Below are positions 8,972 to 17,411 of a DNA stretch of 64,000 nucleotides, piece by piece. Position numbers and translations under genes: made by a program. Position 1 is the first letter of the stretch; every line of letters begins with the position of its first letter. Source of the stretch: an uncultured Selenomonadales bacterium (GTDB lineage Bacteria; Bacillota; Negativicutes; Selenomonadales; Selenomonadaceae); contig ONUH01000011.1 of assembly GCA_900321035.1 (NCBI GenBank), positions 15,050 to 79,049 of the forward strand, in the 5' to 3' direction. The notes below the pieces were generated by a model. That model saw only the letters and a program-made list of their open reading frames with translations, did not search any database and was not told the DNA's origin.

Positions 8972-9452
8972 CGCAAGAACCTCCCCGTGCATTGCTGAAA
9001 TCCAGCGCCTCCGCAAGGATGCCCATGTCGAAGCCGAAAAGCCGGTAGGCGTTTGCAAGCACCCCGTAATACGAGTGGCTCGGAAGCCCCAGCGTGCGCT
9101 CCTCATGCATGATATAGGCCATTCCCTTGCACTTGCCGTTTTTCGGCGACCACGAGGCGTTTACGGCGGCGACATCGGCAACCGTGACCATCTTCTTGTA
9201 ATAGAAAATCGGGAAGCCTTCGTACCTGTCGAGCCGAAGCTCGTCCGCCGCGCTGATTCTCCACAAAAGAACCGGAACCGCCAGCCCCTTTTCCTTCTCG
9301 ATGGTGGCATAGCTCCCGCTTTTCGAGCCCTTGAACATCAGCCGCCAGTTCTGCAGCATGCCCGCGCCGAGGAACTCCGCGTCCGGGCAGCGCCCCTCCA
9401 TCTGCGGGAAATCCATGTTGCTCCCGTATGCAATGTAAATCTTTCCTTTCAT
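8958..9452 (-). CDS. Gamma-glutamyl cyclotransferase-like (AIG2/GGCT family) protein
   Basis: KIYIAYGSNMDFPQMEGRCP...LDRYEG...Y matches the YGSN(L/M) and LD.xEG signatures of GGCT/AIG2 proteins. ATG 9452 with AAAGGGGA 9 nt upstream. Confidence 0.75.
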   Translation of the reverse strand: MKGKIYIAYGSNMDFPQMEGRCPDAEFLGAGMLQNWRLMFKGSKSGSYATIEKEKGLAVPVLLWRISAADELRLDRYEGFPIFYYKKMVTVADVAAVNASWSPKNGKCKGMAYIMHEERTLGLPSHSYYGVLANAYRLFGFDMGILAEALDFSNARGGSCDEKA

Positions 9453-9539
9453 CGCTGCCAATCCCCTTTCTGATTCCGAAGGAACATCCCTTCTACCACC
9501 CCAAGCCCGCCTTCCGGCGGGTTCGTGGTGTCTTCCGGC

Positions 9540-10496
<957 letters not shown>

Positions 10497-10606
10497 CTTG
10501 AAATCCTCCTTCTTTCGCGCCTCGGTAGGCGCTGTGTTCTTTGGGTAGTGTATTAATCACTCTTTTGAGAAGGATTATCAAGTTATTTTTGTGTATACAC
10601 GCCATT

Positions 10607-10792
10607 TCAAGGCCCATTTTCCCGCTGCAAACGCTCTGCTTCATTCCACCTCCTGTCCATTTCAAGCATGAGGTCGCGGTTTTGCTTGACAAGCCGCTGC
10701 TGCGTTTCCGAATCCTTTGTTTCGTGAAGCGCACGCCTGTTTTCCGTCAGCTTTGTTTCCAGCTCTTTGTAGGTCATCGCCTTGATATTCAA
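10607..10792 (-). CDS. Small coiled-coil hypothetical protein
   Basis: 61-aa charged helical sequence in an otherwise uncovered gap on the coding strand. Confidence 0.45.
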   Translation of the reverse strand: MNIKAMTYKELETKLTENRRALHETKDSETQQRLVKQNRDLMLEMDRRWNEAERLQRENGP

Positions 10793-10846
10793 AGTCCCCG
10801 CCTCCGTTCATCGGAATATGCTCTCCACCATCTGTATGGATTTTCA

Positions 10847-11026
10847 TCACTCTTCTTGCCCCGTCAGGATGAATTTCACATACTCCGCTTTGTGGTCCTC
10901 GATGTACAGGACAAGGTCGAAATAGTCGCGCTCGTTGGCGAGCCGCTGAACCGTGTTGAGATCGAACATGTTTGTGAGCCCGCTGTCGCGGATGGCCATG
11001 ATCTGTTCGCGAATCTCGTCCGTCAT
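10847..11026 (-). CDS. DUF5049-like small protein
   Basis: 59-aa ORF below the track cut-off, translated by hand: MTDEIREQIMAIRDSGLTNMFDLNTVQRLANERDYFDLVLYIEDHKAEYVKFILTGQEE. Start overlaps the stop of the upstream DUF4314-like gene. Confidence 0.5.
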   Translation of the reverse strand: MTDEIREQIMAIRDSGLTNMFDLNTVQRLANERDYFDLVLYIEDHKAEYVKFILTGQEE

Positions 11027-11253
11027 TTCGTCTCACCGACCTTCCGAAAGAAATCCACGCCGGGGATAAGGTTCAGGCCGCTGCCGTTCTGCCATTTCAT
11101 CACCAGCTGGCCGATATCGTCCACGGCAATGACCTCGCCAATCGTGCCGACAGGCGGCGCCTGCTTATCGTCCATCGCGAGAAGCTCGACCTTTGTTCCC
11201 GCCGGATACTCCTTTCGGAGCATCTCGATCTGCTCCTTATTCGGAAACCGCAT
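11023..11253 (-). CDS. DUF4314-like protein
   Basis: 76 aa from ATG 11253 (GGAGG 9 nt upstream): MRFPNKEQIEMLRKEYPAGTKVELLAMDD...IGEVIAVDDIGQLVMKWQNGSGLNL. The longer track ORF has an Arg-rich shadow N-terminus. Confidence 0.6.
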   Translation of the reverse strand: MRFPNKEQIEMLRKEYPAGTKVELLAMDDKQAPPVGTIGEVIAVDDIGQLVMKWQNGSGLNLIPGVDFFRKVGETK

Positions 11254-12061
11254 CGCCCGCCGCCTCCTTCTTCTTGCCGTCCCGGAACGCCCCGTTCCCC
11301 GAAAGGTTCCGAAGGAGCGTCTTCCGCGTTTCCTTGTACTCCGCGCCGATGAAGCCGAGGCGCAGGAGGAAGCAGCGGAACGCGTATTTCTCGTTTGCGA
11401 CCTCGCGCTCTTTCGCCGTGACGCGCTTTTGTGTTTTCGCCGTCCGGCAGAGCGCGGCGATGAGTTCCGTCGCGGCCTTGGCGACATCCGCGTCCGGCTG
11501 TGTTTCGAACCAGGGGAAGGAAATCTTCTCCGGCGTGAACATCATGGGCAGCGCGTCGATGCCGAGCGCCTTCTTGATCAGCCCCTCTTTGCTGGTTACG
11601 AGGTTCTTGAGGTTCTGCCATGCCGCATCGTCGAATCCCTCCCAGGGCATCGAGATTGTCAGCCCCAAGGCATCGTCCTCCGCCATTTGGGGGCTGTTAC
11701 CCTCTGCCTCGGACTCGGCGGTCTGCTGTTCTTCCTCGGTTTTCTGTCGGGAAGCGGCTGCCTCTTCATCATCTTCCTCGGCTTCCCGCCGGGGAGCGGC
11801 TGCCTCTTCCTCTTGGCTTTGCACTATTGTGATGTGTGCATCAAAGCCGCGCTCCGCGAGTCCCGAAATGAGCTCCCCGATTTTCCCCTCGTCCGTGCGG
11901 TCGTCGCAAATGAGCGTCCCCTCGCGGTCGATGATGAAGTAATCGAAGGCGTACGCGAAGGTCGGCACTCCGAGGTAACGATAATCCTCGCCAAGGATCT
12001 CGGCGACGGCTTTGGCGAGCGCTTTTCTCTTCGCCCCTGTAACGTTGAATCGAATCTTCAT
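11237..12061 (-). CDS. Hypothetical protein with acidic linker and a C-terminal module shared with the amidoligase
   Basis: 274 aa. The C-terminal KYAFRCFLLRLGFIGAEYKETRKTLLRNLSGNGAFR aligns with the amidoligase C-terminus KFAMRTWLMRMGFIGDEFATARSILTKNLAGDAAFR. Confidence 0.6.
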   Translation of the reverse strand: MKIRFNVTGAKRKALAKAVAEILGEDYRYLGVPTFAYAFDYFIIDREGTLICDDRTDEGKIGELISGLAERGFDAHITIVQSQEEEAAAPRREAEEDDEEAAASRQKTEEEQQTAESEAEGNSPQMAEDDALGLTISMPWEGFDDAAWQNLKNLVTSKEGLIKKALGIDALPMMFTPEKISFPWFETQPDADVAKAATELIAALCRTAKTQKRVTAKEREVANEKYAFRCFLLRLGFIGAEYKETRKTLLRNLSGNGAFRDGKKKEAAGDAVSE

Positions 12062-12162
12062 GGTTGGTATCCCCCTTTGTTTTAGTGTGCGCCCGGTTGG
12101 GCATGTCTATACATCACTCTAAAACGCAGGAATAGCAAGCGTTTTCTGATGTTTTTCCCGGA

Positions 12163-13923
12163 TTATTTTTCAGCGGCAAAAAAGGCGATACCCGCGAGGA
12201 CGAACCACACGCAGGGAAGCGCGACGCCGTTGCCCCACATCCGGTATTCGGCGCTGTCCTTATAAGGATTCTCCAGCCACTTCCGTATCTGCCTGTCGGT
12301 CTTCGATTTTTTTGCGGGTCCCGTAGCTCTCCGGTGCGTCTCGAACACATCCCGCCAGAAAGCCATCTCCTCCTCGGTCGGATTATCCGTACCGAGCCCC
12401 CTGCACCAGTCCGGCGGAAACCCCTGCAGAAGCGCGCACTCGGCAGGCATGAGCCGTCGAACGGAAAAAGCGGTCTGGTTCACGCTTATGGGGTCTTTGT
12501 AATCCCTTGCCATCAAGGTCGGGGCTGCTTCCTCTATGGTCTCGGTGTAACCGCCAGCGGTCACGGCGTAGACCGGCTGGCGACCGGTTTTCTCATCTCT
12601 TTCCGCTGCAACAATGGCAACGCCGCCCTGGTTCGAGTCCGGCATGTTGCCGCCCGTATCCAGACTGCGCGAGAGATCCGTCTCGTACACGTTCTGCCTC
12701 GCGTTCCTCGTCCCCTCCGAGGTCAGCCGCACATCCACTGTGCTGACGATGGCAATCCCGCCCTGCCCGCAGTCCGGGTTCCCGCCGTTCGCGTCGAGCG
12801 TCCTTGCCGTCCCCGCCTCATAGATACCGGCCTTGGGGTTCTTCGAGAGCATGGCCTTGGATTTGTACGAGGAAATGCCATATGGCTGCACGACGCACTG
12901 GAAGTTTTCCTTGTCCGGCATCCGCTGTTGCCCTCCTGCGTTGCTGGCCGTCAGCGTTCCCGCAACATTGCCTCCATCCCAGTACTTGGAATCCCCGAGC
13001 ACCAACGGCTGGTTGTTGCCGCCCGACCCGTAAGTATGCGAAACCGTGGGCGCAACGGAAAGCGGCCCACTATAACGGGAATCCTGGCTGTGGTTCTCGA
13101 AAACAATCGGCGGATGCTCTGCCTGGGCGCGGAGAGTGTTCGTCCTCTCCTCCGTCACATCCATCCGTCTGCCGCCTTGGTCGTTGAGGCAGTCCTTCAG
13201 ATATCCGCCTGCCGCTCCAGCGCAATCCGAAGCGGCTCGGGCAGCGTCTTGCCACGCGCGGAAGCGCGCCGCAGAATACCCCGACAAGCCCTCTGACTCA
13301 AATAGTACTTTTCCGGCACATCCGCCATCAAAGTCCGCGACAAGGTATATACGGCGGCGTCGCTGAGCGACTCCGAAATATTGCGCGTCAAGAACGCGGT
13401 AAGCAACGCTCCATCCGTCTCCCAGCAGAACGTCTGCGAGCGGCCAGCCCGTTTCAGGCATAGGCACCTCGAGCGCTTCCGGCTCCGCGATGCGTACGAT
13501 TTCCGTGAGGACGCTCTGGAAATCCCGCCCGTTTGCAGACGAGAATGCTCCGACCACATTTTCCCAAACAATGAACCTTGGACACTTTCCATCGGTGGCA
13601 CACCTCATTTCCTTGATGACCCTGATCGCCTCGAAGAAGAGCGAGGACTGCTCCCCGTGGAGCCCCGTGCGCTTTCCGGCAATGCTCAGATTGGTGCACG
13701 GGCTGCCGAAAGTGACGATGTCCACCGGCTCAATCCCCGCCCCGTCGATGACCTTGATGTCGCCCAGATGTTTCACCTGCGGCAGGCGCTTCGTAGTAAC
13801 GCGGATCGGAAACGGCTCAATTTCCGAAGCCCACCTCGGCTCAATCCCGGCGAGGATGCCAGCCAACGGGAACCCCCCGCTGCCGTCGAAAAGGCTGCCC
13901 AGGGTCAGTTTCCTATTCTCCAT
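12163..13923 (-). CDS. DNA (cytosine-5)-methyltransferase with oversized variable region
   Basis: Motifs in order from ATG 13923: I (LFDGSGG), IV (GSPCTNLS), VI (WENV), VIII (QRRRRIYLV), IX (RRLMPAECALLQGFP), X (WGNGVALP). About 290 aa lie between VIII and IX. Confidence 0.9.
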   Translation of the reverse strand: MENRKLTLGSLFDGSGGFPLAGILAGIEPRWASEIEPFPIRVTTKRLPQVKHLGDIKVIDGAGIEPVDIVTFGSPCTNLSIAGKRTGLHGEQSSLFFEAIRVIKEMRCATDGKCPRFIVWENVVGAFSSANGRDFQSVLTEIVRIAEPEALEVPMPETGWPLADVLLGDGWSVAYRVLDAQYFGVAQRRRRIYLVADFDGGCAGKVLFESEGLSGYSAARFRAWQDAARAASDCAGAAGGYLKDCLNDQGGRRMDVTEERTNTLRAQAEHPPIVFENHSQDSRYSGPLSVAPTVSHTYGSGGNNQPLVLGDSKYWDGGNVAGTLTASNAGGQQRMPDKENFQCVVQPYGISSYKSKAMLSKNPKAGIYEAGTARTLDANGGNPDCGQGGIAIVSTVDVRLTSEGTRNARQNVYETDLSRSLDTGGNMPDSNQGGVAIVAAERDEKTGRQPVYAVTAGGYTETIEEAAPTLMARDYKDPISVNQTAFSVRRLMPAECALLQGFPPDWCRGLGTDNPTEEEMAFWRDVFETHRRATGPAKKSKTDRQIRKWLENPYKDSAEYRMWGNGVALPCVWFVLAGIAFFAAEK

Positions 13924-15175
13924 CCGCTTTCCCCTCCGGCTTCGGCACATCCGCATAAGGGATTTTCTCGCCGTCCCGCTCCACATACACCTCGGCGCTC
14001 GGATTCGTGGCGCGGAAACGCTCCACCGCCACATCCACGAACTTCGGCTCGATCTCCACGCCGTAACAGACACGCCCCAGCTGCTCGCAGGCAATCAGTG
14101 TCGACGCCGAGCCGAGGAAACCGTCAAGGACGAGACCGTTCGTCTGCGTGCATTGTTTTATAAGGTACGCCAGCATGGGGACAGGCTTGCTGCTGGGATG
14201 GCCGCAGCCGTCCTTCCTGGAATCCTTGATCCTGTCGAACTCAAACACACTGGTCTGCTTCTGATCGCCGTACCATTTGTGCTTTCCGTCCTTGCGCCAG
14301 CCCCAGATGATCGGCTCATGGTTGTACTTCCAGTCCGTGCGGGTCAGCACCAGCCGGTTCTTTTTCCAGACCAGCCCCGCGCCGACCTTGAATCCCGCAT
14401 CCTCGTAAGCGTCGTGGAAAAGCCGGGCCTTTGCCGTGGCGTAGAACATATAGATGGATGCGTCCTTCGCCATGCTCTCGCGGAAACAGGACAGCGCCCT
14501 GAATATGAAATCGTAGGCCTCCATGTCGGAAAGGTCGTCGTTCTTGATTTTCCCCGATGTGCTTTCGAGATTGACCATGTACGGTGGATCGGTGCAGACA
14601 AGGTTGACCTTCGTTTTGCCGAGCAGGAGCGTGTATGTCTCCGACATTGTCGAATCTCCGCAGATAACGCGGTGATTGCCGAGATGCCAGACGTCGCCGA
14701 ATTTCGAGAAGCACGGCTTCTCCAGTTCCCCGTCCACGTCGAAATCGTCTTCCTCGGCCTCGGAGTCGCCGTCCAGCAGCTTGTTCATTTCGGCGTCCGT
14801 GAACCCGAGGAGAGACACATCGAAGTCAGCGCCCTGCAAATCGGCAATCTCGACCGCCAGCATTTCCTCGTCCCAACCCGCGTTCATCGCGAGGCGGTTG
14901 TCCGCGAGGATATACGCTTTCTTCTGCGCCTCAGTCAGGTTCTCCGCGAATACACACGGAATCTCGGTGATGCCCTCATCCTTCGCCGCCATGATCCTGC
15001 CATGACCCGCTATGACGCTATATTTTTCGTCTATAATTACGGGCGTCACGAACCCGAACTCCCGCAGTGACGCGCGAATCTGAAGAATCTGCTCCTTGCT
15101 GTGTGTACGCGCATTGCGGATATATGGGACGAGTTTCTCGATGGGAACTTTCTCGAACCTCTCCGTGTTTGCCAA
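13913..15175 (-). CDS. ParB-like nuclease domain fused to N6/N4 DNA methyltransferase
   Basis: TTG start at 15175 with GGAGGTG 6 nt upstream. N-terminal ParB-like part (VPIEKLVPYIRNARTHS...IAGHGR), then DPPY (CTDPPYMV) and a C-terminal FxGxG (DGFLGSAST), i.e. beta-class motif order. Confidence 0.85.
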   Translation of the reverse strand: MANTERFEKVPIEKLVPYIRNARTHSKEQILQIRASLREFGFVTPVIIDEKYSVIAGHGRIMAAKDEGITEIPCVFAENLTEAQKKAYILADNRLAMNAGWDEEMLAVEIADLQGADFDVSLLGFTDAEMNKLLDGDSEAEEDDFDVDGELEKPCFSKFGDVWHLGNHRVICGDSTMSETYTLLLGKTKVNLVCTDPPYMVNLESTSGKIKNDDLSDMEAYDFIFRALSCFRESMAKDASIYMFYATAKARLFHDAYEDAGFKVGAGLVWKKNRLVLTRTDWKYNHEPIIWGWRKDGKHKWYGDQKQTSVFEFDRIKDSRKDGCGHPSSKPVPMLAYLIKQCTQTNGLVLDGFLGSASTLIACEQLGRVCYGVEIEPKFVDVAVERFRATNPSAEVYVERDGEKIPYADVPKPEGKADGE

Positions 15176-15273
15176 GATATACACCTCCACATAGTTTTCA
15201 TGCAAAAACACATTTTCTGTAGTACACTTGAGACAGTTGATTAACGGACAGTTCACGAAAGGCGGTGGAAACA

Positions 15274-15459
15274 ATGTTGATGGCTCTCGTCGGTGTTCCC
15301 CTCGTACTCCTTTTCGGGTGTTACTTCCTGTTCGCTCTGCTCGAAATCTTCGGCCCCATGGTGTTGGCAATGGGCCTCCTCCTAAAATGGACGTTCAGTG
15401 CCGTGTGCGCGTTGCTTTTCTACCCATTCCGCCTCAAAGAAACCTCAAGCCCCGCATGA
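15274..15459 (+). CDS. Small two-TM hydrophobic protein encoded opposite to all phage genes
   Basis: 61 aa (MLMALVGVPLVLLFGCYFLFALLEIFGPMVLAMGLLLKWTFSAVCALLFYPF...) in the terS/methylase gap. GGTGGA 5 nt upstream. Its stop codon lies in the loop of a plus-strand intrinsic terminator. Confidence 0.45.
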   Translation: MLMALVGVPLVLLFGCYFLFALLEIFGPMVLAMGLLLKWTFSAVCALLFYPFRLKETSSPA

Positions 15460-15476
15460 GCGGGGCTTTTCTTTTT
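15448..15476 (+). terminator. Rho-independent terminator
   Basis: AGCCCCGC-ATGA-GCGGGGCT followed by TTTCTTTTT on the plus strand. The minus-strand reading has only a poor U-tract. Confidence 0.6.
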
Positions 15477-15479
15477 CCC

Positions 15480-16019
15480 TCAAACACCCCGCCGCGCCCG
15501 AAGCAGACGTTCCATCACATCGTCCTGTGGGCTTTCGCCCTGGTAGTCCACGGAGCAGTTTTCCTTCACGATTTGGTAAATCTGGTACCAAATCTGGTTC
15601 ACCTGTTTCATATATTGCTGGCTCATGGCGACATAGGGCGAAGCAATCGCCGCGCCCGTGGTCGGGTGCTTTGCAAGGAAGCCGAACTCGGAGATGGTCT
15701 CCTCGCATTGAATCCAGCGGGAAACGCTCATGGCATACTGCTGCAGGAGCGTAGGATTGACGAGCGCAGCACAGCCCTTCTCGTTCAGCCATTTCCACAC
15801 ATTCTCATAAACAGCAACAGCGCAGAGGTCTTTTCCTCCGCGCTGTTTTGCTTTCATGAATTCATGGATGGGCGGCATGACCTCGCCATTGAGATCGGCG
15901 GGCGTCGGCAGGACTTTGAGATTGTCCGTGCGGCCTTCCGCGACCTTGTCCACCAGCGCCTTTTTCTTGCGTCCGGCACCCGCCCGTGCGCCGCCCCGGT
16001 TCGTTCCGTCCTTCGCCAT
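15480..16019 (-). CDS. terS: Terminase small subunit, P27 family-like
   Basis: N-terminal GGARAGAGRKKK followed by a helical body, as in P27-type TerS. Lies downstream of the HNH gene. ATG 16019 is 8 nt after GGAGG. Confidence 0.75.
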   Translation of the reverse strand: MAKDGTNRGGARAGAGRKKKALVDKVAEGRTDNLKVLPTPADLNGEVMPPIHEFMKAKQRGGKDLCAVAVYENVWKWLNEKGCAALVNPTLLQQYAMSVSRWIQCEETISEFGFLAKHPTTGAAIASPYVAMSQQYMKQVNQIWYQIYQIVKENCSVDYQGESPQDDVMERLLRARRGV

Positions 16020-16288
16020 CGCCATCACCTCCCGTTTTTCAAAGATAAATCAAAGAAAACGCCCGGAATCCGAGCGTTTTTTTCAAAGATATTCAATTCC
16101 ACGGCTGGTTCCCGCGCGTAAAACAAGCCGCGTCCCGTGCGGAACACGGCGCGAATACGCCGGGTTGGGGTTAATACCCCGTTTGAAATCCGTTTTTTGT
16201 GCGTGAGGGTGGGCGCCGCTCTTACTCCTGCAAGGGCTGTGGATTTTAGCCCCCCTCCGTCCCCAATCGGGGCGCGGATTGGAAATAA

Positions 16289-16636
16289 TCAGGCGTTGTG
16301 CCCCCGCCGATGCATCTTTTCATGGCATGAGGCGCAAAGGCTCATCAGATTTTCCGCGTCGTTTGTCCCGCCGTCCGCGATTGGTTTCACATGATGCACC
16401 ATTACGGCCTTGACGAACCGCCCGGCCTCCGCGCATTTTTCGCAAAGAGGATGCGCCGCGAGGTATCTGTCGCGGATTTTCTGCCACGCCCGACCGTACC
16501 GCTTATGGGTATCGTACCCACGCGCGAACCGCTCGTAATGCTGCCGCGCGACGCGCCCGTGCTCCTCACAGTAGGTCCCGTCCGTCAGCTTCGGGCAGCC
16601 TGGATATTTGCACGGCTTCTTCGCTTTTCTCGGCAT
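16289..16636 (-). CDS. HNH endonuclease (packaging-associated)
   Basis: CxxC...HHVKPIADGGTNDAENLMSLCASCH is a canonical HNH motif. ATG 16636 follows GGAGGGGG. The HNH-TerS arrangement is typical of HK97-like cos phages. Confidence 0.85.
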   Translation of the reverse strand: MPRKAKKPCKYPGCPKLTDGTYCEEHGRVARQHYERFARGYDTHKRYGRAWQKIRDRYLAAHPLCEKCAEAGRFVKAVMVHHVKPIADGGTNDAENLMSLCASCHEKMHRRGHNA

Positions 16637-16654
16637 CGCGCCGCCCCCTCCAAT

Positions 16655-16684
16655 GAAAAAGCCCCGCGTGTTCATGCGCGGGGC
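16655..16684 (-). terminator. Intrinsic terminator immediately upstream of the HNH/terS late operon
   Basis: Minus strand reads GCCCCGCG-CATGAACA-CGCGGGGC followed by TTTTT. It lies between a candidate extended -10 (TGATATAGT, 16709-16717) and the HNH RBS. Confidence 0.6.
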
Positions 16685-16768
16685 CTTCCTGCCTTTTCTG
16701 CCGAGAATACTATATCACAAACGGCGGGTGGGCGTCATAGGGCAAAGCTGGACATTTTAGGGCAGATT

Positions 16769-17194
16769 TCAAATTTTTACAGGATTTTTTGGCATGACCA
16801 CGTGAAGAAGGGCTGATCCGTGCCACCGCCGGACTGTCCGCGCGTTTGCCTTCATCTTGCTTCCGATTTCCTCCCAAGTCATGTTGTGGATGTACCGGCA
16901 GCGGAGAACCATCTGCTCGTCAGTGTCTGCGACCGCTGCAATAACCCCCCGTATCTGCTCCTTGAGGTCCACGAGGACGTCGATCTCCGCATTTATTTTA
17001 TCTTCCAGCAGGAGTATCTTCTCTACACATCTGGCGAAAGGCGCGTCTGAGGGGAGGCTCGCCTGCACCTTTTCCCCGGAGACGGGAGCCGAGATGCTTA
17101 CGGACATCGCCCGAAGCCGCGTCACTTCCTCGATATCGCTCTGGATTTTCTGGTCAAGCCGATAGGCCTGCCGCAGATATTCTTTGCTCGTCAC
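16769..17194 (-). CDS. Phage late transcriptional regulator (DUF1492/ArpU/RinA-like, sigma-70 region-4-type HTH)
   Basis: C-terminal QMVLRCRYIHNMTWEEIGSKMKANARTVRRWHGSAL is a region-4-like HTH. Positioned just upstream of the packaging genes. Confidence 0.6.
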   Translation of the reverse strand: MTSKEYLRQAYRLDQKIQSDIEEVTRLRAMSVSISAPVSGEKVQASLPSDAPFARCVEKILLLEDKINAEIDVLVDLKEQIRGVIAAVADTDEQMVLRCRYIHNMTWEEIGSKMKANARTVRRWHGSALLHVVMPKNPVKI

Positions 17195-17411
17195 GGCTCT
17201 GTGCCTCCTTTTCCAGACTCTCTAAAAGCATGATCCCGTCTACACGGGTGAGTTGTGTGAACCATTTAGACCGGAAGAACCTCACGCATTCCCGCTTTAT
17301 CTGCCACGCCCAGGCGTTGTCCGGGTTCCTTTTCAGCGTTTTCACCGCGCTCCGCCAGTCCTGCACCGCCAGAAGGATGATAGCGTTCGCCAGTTCCTCA
17401 TACGGTTCCAT
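17154..17411 (-). CDS. Hypothetical phage protein
   Basis: 85-aa ORF on the coding strand, start overlapping the end of the SNF2 gene. No family recognised. Confidence 0.45.
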   Translation of the reverse strand: MEPYEELANAIILLAVQDWRSAVKTLKRNPDNAWAWQIKRECVRFFRSKWFTQLTRVDGIMLLESLEKEAQSRDEQRISAAGLSA

